64,000 bases of DNA, from IMG/VR virus record IMGVR_UViG_3300025121_000011, positions 186,001 to 250,000 of that record, one strand, 5' to 3'. This document shows positions 28,046-37,044 of the stretch, in pieces (position 1 is the stretch's first letter; every line of letters starts with the position of its first letter). The notes beneath the pieces were generated by a model that did no database searches, was not told the origin of the DNA, and saw only the letters and a list, made by a program, of their open reading frames with translations. Both the position numbers and the translations under genes were made by a program.

Positions 28046-29952
28046 ATATGGCGGATACCAACCTAATGGACTTGCTTCAAAGTCATATTGAAAAGAAATC
28101 AGAGTTGTCTTGGACTGGAACCTTAAAAGAGTACGTCCAAATGGTAGTTGAAAATCCCGGATTATATAAAAATGCTCATCAAAGAGTTTTAGAAATGATT
28201 GAGTCTCATGGCATAGAAAAAGATGCAGATGGTAATATAACTGGATATACTTTTTTCAAAGATGATTTATTTGGTATTGACACTCCTATTGAACAGATAA
28301 TGTCTTATTTGCGTGCTGCCGCAGCCGGAAGCGAAGTAGGAAGAAGAATTCTGTTATTATTTGGTCCAACATCTTCTGGAAAATCACAATTAGCAATTTT
28401 ATTAAAGAGAGGACTGGAACAATATTCTAAAACAGATGCTGGAGCAATTTATGAACTAGTAGATTCTCCAATGCACGAAGAACCATTAATAGCAGTTCCA
28501 CAAGAATTAAGACCAATGTTTAAAGAACGTTATGGAATAAATATACAAGGCGAATTAAGTCCATTAACAGCTCTTCTTCTTAAAGAAAAATATAATGGTG
28601 ATTTTCTAAAGATGCCGGTTAGAAGAACGACAATCTCCGAACGAGATAGAACTTGTATAGGAACTTTTGTCCCATCTGATAAGAAAAGTCAAGATATTTC
28701 AGAATTAGTTGGTTCACTAGACTTGAGCACTATAGGAACTTATGGATGCGAATCTGACCCAAGAGCTTATAGATTTGATGGAGAGTTGAATGTTGCGAAT
28801 CGTGGTATCATGGAATTCGTAGAAATGTTAAAGGTAGATCAAAAGTTCTTATATGTTTTGTTGACATTGGCACAAGAGAAAAATATTAAGACTGGAAGAT
28901 TTCCACTGATATATGCAGATGAATTTATTCTATCGCACAGTAATGAGACGGAATACAATAGATTCTTAGCTAAAGATGAAATGGAAGCACTTCACGATAG
29001 AACAATTGTTGTTAGAGTTCCATATAATCTGCAAGTAGAAGAAGAAATTAAAATTTATCAAAAGTTGATAGATCAAGCAGACTTCAAGAAATGTCATATT
29101 GCACCACACACTTTACGCTGTGCGGCTATGTTAGCTGTTTTATCTAGACTAAAGAACTCCAATAATCAGAGTTTATCTCCACTTAAAAAGATGCATCTTT
29201 ATAACGGAGAAGATGTAGAAGGATTTACTGCCGCAGAAGCTAGCAAATTTAAGAGTGAATTTCCATCAGAAGGTATGACCGGACTTTCTCCGCGATATGT
29301 TATCAATCGATTATCTGCGGAATTAGCAAATGGAAAAGAGTTTGTTACTCCTATTGATATTATTAGGTCATTACGTGACGGATTAGAATCCAATCCTAAA
29401 GTTAATGCTCAGGAGACTGCTCGATTAGAAGATCTTTTAACATTGATCATTGAAGAATATAATAAAATGGCAAGAAATGATGTGCAAAAGGCATTCTTTG
29501 TAAACTTTGATTCTGAAATAGGTGCTTTGCTTAAGAATTATTTAGATCAAGTTGAAGCCTTTTTAGATGGAGCAAAATTAGAAGATGCCTGGGGTAAAAA
29601 GGTTCCTCCTGACGAAAGATTAATGCGATCCATCGAAGAGAAGGTTCAGATCTCCGAAAGCGGGAAAACGTCCTTTAGACAAGAAATTTATAGAAAGATG
29701 TTAAAATCTCAAAAAGATCATGGAGAATATCGTTATCAAGATCATCCAAGACTTAAAGAGGCTTTAGAGAAGCAGCTTTTCGAGGAGCGTAAGGACACTA
29801 TTAGACTTACAATAAGTTCTCGCAACCCAGACAAAGAAGAGCTGAAGAGAATTAATGGTGTTATAAGTATTCTATGTGAAAGGCATGGATATATTGTTGA
29901 ATCTGCTAATCAGCTACTTAGGTATGTAGGCTCATTAATGGCTCGCAACTAA
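28042..29952 (+). CDS. prkA: PrkA/YeaG family AAA+ ATPase (annotated serine protein kinase)
   Basis: DLFGID, LLLFGPTSSGKS, SPMHEEPL, QDISELVGS, DPRAYRFDGELNVANRGIMEFVEMLK, EALHDR, GLSPRY, DERLMRSIEE, HGY. Confidence 0.93.
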   Translation: MNMADTNLMDLLQSHIEKKSELSWTGTLKEYVQMVVENPGLYKNAHQRVLEMIESHGIEKDADGNITGYTFFKDDLFGIDTPIEQIMSYLRAAAAGSEVGRRILLLFGPTSSGKSQLAILLKRGLEQYSKTDAGAIYELVDSPMHEEPLIAVPQELRPMFKERYGINIQGELSPLTALLLKEKYNGDFLKMPVRRTTISERDRTCIGTFVPSDKKSQDISELVGSLDLSTIGTYGCESDPRAYRFDGELNVANRGIMEFVEMLKVDQKFLYVLLTLAQEKNIKTGRFPLIYADEFILSHSNETEYNRFLAKDEMEALHDRTIVVRVPYNLQVEEEIKIYQKLIDQADFKKCHIAPHTLRCAAMLAVLSRLKNSNNQSLSPLKKMHLYNGEDVEGFTAAEASKFKSEFPSEGMTGLSPRYVINRLSAELANGKEFVTPIDIIRSLRDGLESNPKVNAQETARLEDLLTLIIEEYNKMARNDVQKAFFVNFDSEIGALLKNYLDQVEAFLDGAKLEDAWGKKVPPDERLMRSIEEKVQISESGKTSFRQEIYRKMLKSQKDHGEYRYQDHPRLKEALEKQLFEERKDTIRLTISSRNPDKEELKRINGVISILCERHGYIVESANQLLRYVGSLMARN

Positions 29953-29963
29953 GGGAGTGGCTT

Positions 29964-31913
29964 TTGGATAAAAAATACAAAGATGCGCTATGGTTGAGTA
30001 AAACCTATTTAGATGATAGACAATCTGCGGAGACTATAGCGCATTTCTGCGGAGTCTCAAGCCAGACTATAAGATATTTTATTAATAAATATAATTTACG
30101 TGATGAAAGAGTTAAAATAGATAACGACTTAAAGGAAAAGTTTTTATTTAAACTTAAAAGTCTCTATATAGATGAGAATCTCTCTGTAAGAGAGATCTCC
30201 TGCTTGTTAGAACAAAATGAAGGCACCATAATGTCTATTTTGGCTAAAAACAATATTCAAAAAAGCTTGAATATTCGTCACGAAAAAGCTAAAGAAGCTA
30301 GGGCAAAAACACTTATTAAAAAGTATGGAGTAAATCACGTTAGTAAGATTCCTGGTATAAAAGAGAAAATTGAAGCTACTAACTTAGCAAGATATGGTCA
30401 TTCTAATGTATTAAAATCCTTGGAAATTAGAGAAAAGATTAAAGCTACAAATCTTGAAAGGTATGGTGTAGAAACCCCACTTGAATTGAAAGAATTTCGT
30501 GACAAGTCTAATAAAACGTGTCTAGAAAAATATGGAGAAATATATCCTCAACGGCTTAGTTGCATAAAAGATAAAACATCCAAAACTAATTTAGAACGAT
30601 ATGGTTTTGATAATCCAATGAAAGTTGAAGAATTTGCAAATAAGCAGAAAGAGTCAGTATTTAAAAATTATGGAGTGGATCATCCGCTTCAAAGTATGGA
30701 GATCTATTCGAAGTTATGTGAATATAATCTTGAAAAGTTTGGAGTGGACAACGTTTTAAAGTTAAAAGAAACAAGAGATAAATCTAATGCAACTAAACTA
30801 TCCAGGTACGGAACAATACATCCGTTACAAAATGAGAATATTCTAAATAAAGTAAAGAATACTAATTTAGAACGTTATGGTACAAAATGGTCGATTCAAA
30901 ATAAAGAGATTCGTTCAAAAGGAAGAGAAGCTTCTATTTCAAATGGATTATTTACAATCTATCATGGGAAAACTGCTCATGAATGGGCGAACGAGTATGA
31001 CATACCAATGGTTGGCTTCTATAAGTGGATTGGCAATAATCCATTGTCATCGAGAGAGCAGATTATCTCGTATCTGGAAGGATTCGAAAGACATAAAACA
31101 GATATAGAGAATATTATAGAAGAGAAATTTGGTTTTGATAAGTTTAATAAAATTTTTGACAAGTCTATGAATTATAGACCAGATTTTAAATTAACTAACT
31201 CAATAGCTCTTAATGTGGATGGCCTGTATTGGCATTCAGAGCTAACTAAAGATAAATCATATCACTTTGAAATGAGGTCTAAGTATGAAGCTGCTGGTCT
31301 TAGAATTTTACAATTCAGAGAAGATGAAATTTATCAGAAGCTAGATATAGTTGAGTCAATGATTAATAACGTGCTGCACAAAAACACATCTAAAATAGGT
31401 GCTAGAAAATGTTCTATACAGCTTGTCAAAAATTCAGAAGCTTCAAAATTCTTAGAAAAAAATCACATAAAGGGAGCAAAACACGCTAAGCATATTGGTT
31501 TGTATTATAATGATGAATTGTTATCGGTAATGTCCTATAAAACAAATTCAAATTTAACATGCAAGATCGAGAGATTTTGCACAAAATTAGGAACTGTGGT
31601 GTCTGGCTCATTCTCTAGACTTCTTGGTTTTTTGATTAAGAATAACGAAATAGCAATTATTCATTACTGGGTTGATCTGCGATATGGAAGTGGAAAGTTT
31701 TTGCAGCAATTTGGATTTGTACATGCCAAGGACACGCTTGGTTGGAACTGGACAGATAAAGTAAATACCTATAATAGACTAAGGTGTAGAGCTAATATGG
31801 ATAAGAGAGGGTTATCTCAAGCAAAACATGCTGAAGAATTAAAATGGTTTAAAATATATGATGCAGGACAACGTTTATATATTTTAAATAATAAAACAAA
31901 TTTAGGAGATTGA
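29964..31913 (+). mobile_element. Hef-like putative homing endonuclease, copy 2
   Basis: TTG start behind AAGGGAG; about 10 TNL(E/A)(R/K)YG-type repeats; YRPDF...NVDGLYWHSE...FREDE; YWVDLRYG...IYDAGQRLY. Confidence 0.75.
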
Positions 31914-31919
31914 CATAAA

Positions 31920-32918
31920 ATGAAAATTACTAGAATAAGTGAAAATGAGAAACAATTTACTGATAATAGCCCTATGAATGAGCTTGATCAGCCTTTCCCT
32001 ACAAAAGTAGTGGAAGAAGATGAGGAGATTAATAATGCCCCGTTATTATACAATAGTTTTAAAGTATCTCCACTAAAAGTAAATAGAGTGCAAGCTTCTA
32101 GGATTGTTGATGGAGAGATTATAGATTATAAAGATTTCAAACCCCAAGCTAAGCTTATCATGGGAGTTTTATATAATCCGAATATTGTTCCTGTAGCTTC
32201 AGGAAGTATGTTTCAAATTTTGGGAGTTGAAAGCAAAGAATGCCAAGCTAAAGTTCCGCTTCTTTTATCATTTGATGTACTTGAAAAAAGCAAACCAATT
32301 GCGATTCAATCAGTTGAATTTGCTGTTCAAACGGAACCAAATTTTCTGGAAGAAATTTCACGTACATATTTTGGTACATATTTTGGATCTAAATCTATTA
32401 TATGTGCCGCAGATATTGTTTCCGATATGTTTCATATTGCTTTTAAGTCATCATTTAATTTTGCCATATATGAATTGGAAAAAAGTTACGTAAATCATTT
32501 TGGCCGATATCCATCGGCAATAATGTTAATTTCGCGAAATACGGACCCGCCATTCTTTTTTCTTGACACTATAAGTATGATTAAAGGGGGGACCTCTTAT
32601 GAAAGATCATATGGATTTGATGGATTTATAGTTGCTCTTGATGAAGAAGGTGAAGAGTTAATAACTCAATATTTATTGAAAGATAGCATTTGCAAAACTA
32701 GAGCATTTGCGACAAGTGAGTCAATAAAAGACTTTGCTACTCCAATTGAAAAAAATATGTTTCATGAAGACTATAATTCTGTTGAGTCCATATATAAGAT
32801 TATGGATAGTAAGCTAAATATTGAAATTCTTAAAGAAAAGAAAGAAAAGTTAAATGATATTTTTAATCCTAGCAAAGTGATAATAGCTGGAAAAAACGAA
32901 ACATTGTTTTCTGACTGA
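31920..32918 (+). CDS. Hypothetical protein
   Basis: 332-aa ORF with AGGAG RBS inside the prkA-yeaH interval. Confidence 0.6.
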   Translation: MKITRISENEKQFTDNSPMNELDQPFPTKVVEEDEEINNAPLLYNSFKVSPLKVNRVQASRIVDGEIIDYKDFKPQAKLIMGVLYNPNIVPVASGSMFQILGVESKECQAKVPLLLSFDVLEKSKPIAIQSVEFAVQTEPNFLEEISRTYFGTYFGSKSIICAADIVSDMFHIAFKSSFNFAIYELEKSYVNHFGRYPSAIMLISRNTDPPFFFLDTISMIKGGTSYERSYGFDGFIVALDEEGEELITQYLLKDSICKTRAFATSESIKDFATPIEKNMFHEDYNSVESIYKIMDSKLNIEILKEKKEKLNDIFNPSKVIIAGKNETLFSD

Positions 32919-32928
32919 CGAAGAAATA

Positions 32929-33000
32929 ATGTCACAACAGCATGATGCTGGTCAACGATTATATATATATATATTTTTGATTAATAATGCTAAACAATAA
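32929..33000 (+). pseudogene. Chimeric 23-codon remnant (yeaH start fused to a Hef-like endonuclease C-terminus)
   Basis: MSQQHDAGQRLYIYIFLINNAKQ*; first 18 nt match the yeaH start 17/18, followed by DAGQRLY as at the end of endonuclease copy 2. Confidence 0.6.
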
Positions 33001-33020
33001 ATATAAAGTAGAGGTTTAAA

Positions 33021-33140
33021 ATGAGTAAAACAATCAAAGTTGATTTTGAAAACTCTAGGTTAACTAATATTATTAGATATCAATCTAAATCGGTCAATCA
33101 ACTTCTAGGATACGTTAGCTCTTTAACGGTTAGAGACTAA
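33021..33140 (+). CDS. Small hypothetical protein (39 aa), not in the ORF track
   Basis: AGAGGT RBS, ATG 33021, TAA abutting the next ATG at 33141. Confidence 0.45.
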   Translation: MSKTIKVDFENSRLTNIIRYQSKSVNQLLGYVSSLTVRD

Positions 33141-33434
33141 ATGAATTATAATAACACCGTACAATGTGCTTCTTGGGAAGAATTTATATCAGAAATTAAA
33201 AATAGGCGAGCATTAAAACATAGTTTGGATTTTCAAGATTTTCCAATGCGACTTTCATTTGGATTTGAAGATGAAGAATTGGGAGAACTGGTTATGGCAA
33301 GCATTAGAGCTATTTCTCCTATAATGGCCTCTATGTCTGGTAAAGAAAAAAATATCTTTACATCTCAAATCGAAGACTTTAGTACCGGTGAAAATATCTT
33401 GCATATTTTATATCCTGAATTATGTGAAGATTAA
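33141..33434 (+). CDS. Hypothetical protein
   Basis: 97-aa coupled ORF. Confidence 0.5.
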   Translation: MNYNNTVQCASWEEFISEIKNRRALKHSLDFQDFPMRLSFGFEDEELGELVMASIRAISPIMASMSGKEKNIFTSQIEDFSTGENILHILYPELCED

Positions 33435-33435
33435 A

Positions 33436-33828
33436 ATGGCAAATAATTTTTTTAAAATAATAAAGATATGTACATTAGTTGGGAAAAAGTATCCAGAATT
33501 TGCTGATACTTTCCACATTATTAAAGATGAAGTACCCGATGAATATAGTATTCCATTTCATTACTTAGAAACAGATAAGTTTGCTAAAATAGAAGATGAA
33601 GAAAATATTATATTTAACACTGGTGACACAAAATTAGATGTTAAAACTCCATTTTTATTATCGGATAACCCCAAGATTCTCATTAGAGAGGTTTCAGAAA
33701 AAATTATATTTTTAATCGAAGAATATGTTAAGTATTATAATCATCTGCCATATCAAATAGCAATTTCTGTGCAAAATAATATGTATGGAGTTTTTGCAGT
33801 AGGTGATTTTAATTTAAAGAGAATATAA
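33436..33828 (+). CDS. Hypothetical protein
   Basis: In-frame ATG 33436 just after the upstream stop (track start 33388). Confidence 0.5.
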   Translation: MANNFFKIIKICTLVGKKYPEFADTFHIIKDEVPDEYSIPFHYLETDKFAKIEDEENIIFNTGDTKLDVKTPFLLSDNPKILIREVSEKIIFLIEEYVKYYNHLPYQIAISVQNNMYGVFAVGDFNLKRI

Positions 33829-33839
33829 ATGGAGTAATT

Positions 33840-35036
33840 ATGTCACAACAGTATGATAGCTTATCTGATATTTGGAAGCTTAAGGGTCGTGGGAAACGCG
33901 ATTCTGAGCGACACAAAGAATTGGTTAAACGTGCCATTCGAGAAAATGGAAGGGACCTGATCACAGAATACAATATCATACGTTCTGATGGAAGTAAAAA
34001 AGTAAAAGTCCCAATTCGCTTTTTAGATAAATATCATTTTAAATATGGAAAATTAAAAGATGATAAAGGAGTTGGACAAGGATTAGATGGTAAGCCTGGA
34101 GATAAATATAAAGTTGGAAGCCCAGCACCCGCCGGAGGCTCTGGACAAGCAGGCAATGGAGATGGAGAACGTTATTATGACGCAGAGGTTTCAATTGATG
34201 AAATTGTCGATATTCTGATGCAAGAACTTAATCTTCCTTGGCTTGAACCAAAAGGTACAGCACAGATAGAATCAGAAGAAGAGCAGTTTGACTCTATTGA
34301 AAAGAAAGGCATTATGCCCAACTTAGATATTAAACGATCTTTGATTCAAAATATTATTCGACACGCTGCAAAAGGTGACCCAAAAGTTGGTCAATTTCAT
34401 AAAAATGATCTTCGTTTTAAAGAATGGGAAAATGTAAAAGAGTATCATTCTAATGCAGCCATTTACCTCTTAATGGATCGCTCTGGTTCTATGACTCTCG
34501 AAAAGACTCATATTGCTAAAAGTTTTTTCTTTTGGATGGTTCAATTTTTAAAGAAGCGATATAAAAAAATAGATATCATTTTTATAGCGCACGACACTAA
34601 GGCTTGGATTGAAACAGAGGAAAACTTCTTTGCTATAAATTCCGGAGGCGGCACTCAATGCAGTTCAGCATTTGCGTTGGCGCACGACCATATAATCACA
34701 CACCATCCTGCGGACCGATGGAATAATTATGTTATTGAATTCAGCGATGGAGATAACTGGGGTAACGATAATCTATTGTGTCTAGATTATGTTAAGAAAC
34801 TATTGCCATTATGCCGGGCCATCGGTTATGGAGAAATTATTCCAGATTCAGATAAGGAAAATGCTTGGTTTAATAAATCTAATTTATTATCTACTGTATT
34901 AGAAAAAAATATTAAACGAACAAGATATGTAACATTAAGATTGCAAAAACGAGATGATGTTTTTGATGCACTAAAGAAATTCTTTAATATTGATGGAGCA
35001 TCAGATAAAAATCTAAGAGATGAGAATGGAAAATGA
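33840..35036 (+). CDS. yhbH: YeaH/YhbH (DUF444) vWA-domain protein
   Basis: DSERHKELV, Gly-rich GQGLDGKPGD linker, ELNLPWLEPK, LMDRSGSM MIDAS, KSFFFWMVQFL, GGGTQCSSA, FSDGDNW. Confidence 0.92.
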   Translation: MSQQYDSLSDIWKLKGRGKRDSERHKELVKRAIRENGRDLITEYNIIRSDGSKKVKVPIRFLDKYHFKYGKLKDDKGVGQGLDGKPGDKYKVGSPAPAGGSGQAGNGDGERYYDAEVSIDEIVDILMQELNLPWLEPKGTAQIESEEEQFDSIEKKGIMPNLDIKRSLIQNIIRHAAKGDPKVGQFHKNDLRFKEWENVKEYHSNAAIYLLMDRSGSMTLEKTHIAKSFFFWMVQFLKKRYKKIDIIFIAHDTKAWIETEENFFAINSGGGTQCSSAFALAHDHIITHHPADRWNNYVIEFSDGDNWGNDNLLCLDYVKKLLPLCRAIGYGEIIPDSDKENAWFNKSNLLSTVLEKNIKRTRYVTLRLQKRDDVFDALKKFFNIDGASDKNLRDENGK

Positions 35037-36630
35037 AAAACCAAAATATCAAGATGAAATTTGGCTTAAAACTGAGATTTTAATATCTAAAAAAACTGCT
35101 ACAAAAATAGCAAAAGAAAACGGATGGTCTGCTTCTACGGTTTTAAAATGGCAAAGGCATTTTGGAATTATAGAAGAATATAAGAATCACAAATGGCTCC
35201 AACATCAGTTTTTAGATCTTAATAAAACAGCTTTAGAGATTTCAAGAGAACAACATTGTTCTTCAATCACAATAAATAAATACCTCTGTAAGTTTAATAT
35301 TAAAAAATCTTATGACGCAGCAATACAGGCTAAGATTCTTTCAACAAAAAGAACTTGTATCGATAGATATCAAGTAGATAATCCTATGAAGTTGGCAAAT
35401 ATCAAACAAAGAGTAAAGATAACTTCTAAAGATAAATATGGTGAAGAACATTTTTTAAAAACAAATACAGGCAGAGAGAAACTAAAAGAATCTATTAAAC
35501 AAAAATATGGTTGTGATTATATAACTCAAACACCAGAAGTAAAATTAAAAATCAAAGAAACAGTAATGAATAAGTACGGTGTTTGTAATGTTTCTATGGT
35601 GCCTGAGATCGCAAAAAAGAAAAGACAGACGCTTATCTGTTTGCATGGATTTAATCCGGCAACAGAACAGACGGGACTCTGTAGAGTTATTAATGGTCTT
35701 ACAACCAAAGAATTAGCTGAGAAGCATAATGTACCATATTCTTCTTTGAATTATATTTTTAGAACATTTCATATAGAAACTGAAGAATCTTTAGAAGCAT
35801 TCTTATCAGATTACAAGATTGGACCTAATAATTTAGAAAAGTATTTAGAAGATTTAATAGATCTTCCACATTGGAATATTGCGCCTGAAAATGTTAAATT
35901 ATCATATAGACCAGATTTTAGATTAAGTAATTCTATTTATTTAAATGTTGATGGGTTATATTGGCACTCTGATAAATTTAAAGATAAAAATTATCATTAT
36001 AAAATGAGAGAAGAGTTTGAATCCGCAGGCTTGCAAATCGTACAATTTAGGGCAGACGAGATACATGCAAAGCCAAAAATCATTAAATCTATTATAAATA
36101 ATAAGGCAGGAAAGTCGCAAAAGATCTCCGCTAGAAAAACCATCATTAAAAAAGTGTCTCATGAAAATGCTATGATTTTTCTAAATGAGAGTCACATAAA
36201 AGGATATAAAGCTGCAAAACATATTGGATTATATTTTGAAAATATTTTGGTCATGATTTGTTCTTATAAGATTATAAATAAAATTTTGAAAATTGAAAGA
36301 CTTGCAACATTACTTGATCATTTAGTTGTTGGAGGAGCATCTAAATTGTTTAAATTCCTTGAACGTAATTTAAAATTTGATATGATTCATTATTGGGTTG
36401 ATTTACGATACGGAAAAGGAGATTTTTTAAGTTCTATGGGGTTCTCTAAGAACAAAGATGTTCTTGGATGGGAGTGGACTGACTATGTTAAAACATATAA
36501 TCGTTTACAATGTAGAGCCAATATGGATGATAGAGGTTTATCACAATCAGAACACGCTTGTGAGTTGGGATGGGTCAAAATTTACGATGCAGGACAAAGA
36601 TTATGGATCAAACAAAACAATCTTCGATGA
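35026..36630 (+). mobile_element. Hef-like putative homing endonuclease, copy 3
   Basis: Tandem N-terminal HTH, xxKYG repeats, YRPDF...NVDGLYWHS...FRADE, YWVDLRYG...IYDAGQRLW; start overlaps the yeaH stop. Confidence 0.75.
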
Positions 36631-37043
36631 TTGATAAGATATATACCACTGGATTATTCACCCCAATATCATTAGACAAAGGAGAGTTTTCGCTTAATGG
36701 AACTGATTATATTGCAGTTGCAAGAGGAGATCATGTTAATTGGATTGTGAAGAAAGTTATTCATGTTCGGCCCGAAATCTCACATGGAAGCTTCGCCAGA
36801 GCAGATAGTAATGCATCAAGGGTTAAAATTCGATATGTCTCAGTTTCCTTTGAAGAAGTATTTGATAATTGTTCAGATCGAATTAAAAAAGAATTGATTT
36901 ATCATTTTGATATTTTTAATGATAATAAAAAGAACAATTATTTAGAAACACCTGTTTTTGAAATACAATCAAATCCACAAATTCATCTATCGGATATTAA
37001 AATACGTAGATTCAAAATGTTAGAATATATTTGGAGAAAATAA
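36627..37043 (+). CDS. Hypothetical protein with FEEVF...LIYHFDIF motif
   Basis: ATG 36627 overlaps the endonuclease stop (ATGA); VSFEEVFDNCSDRIKKELIYHFDIFN. Confidence 0.55.
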   Translation: MIDKIYTTGLFTPISLDKGEFSLNGTDYIAVARGDHVNWIVKKVIHVRPEISHGSFARADSNASRVKIRYVSVSFEEVFDNCSDRIKKELIYHFDIFNDNKKNNYLETPVFEIQSNPQIHLSDIKIRRFKMLEYIWRK

Positions 37044-37044
37044 T

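Noticed and set aside
32959-32974. (TA)n microsatellite as a phase-variation switch
   Set aside because: It lies in the 23-codon chimeric remnant and is better explained as slippage in a decaying sequence
31920-33828. Paralogy between 31920..32918 (YVNHFGRYPSAIML) and 33436..33828 (YVKYYNHLPYQIAI)
   Set aside because: The similarity is too short and weak to support without an alignment score
36570-36626. Extended N-terminus of the ORF called at 36570, and similar long overlaps at 25697, 40210, 33388 and 2835
   Set aside because: Downstream in-frame ATGs with stop/start coupling or RBSs give more plausible starts
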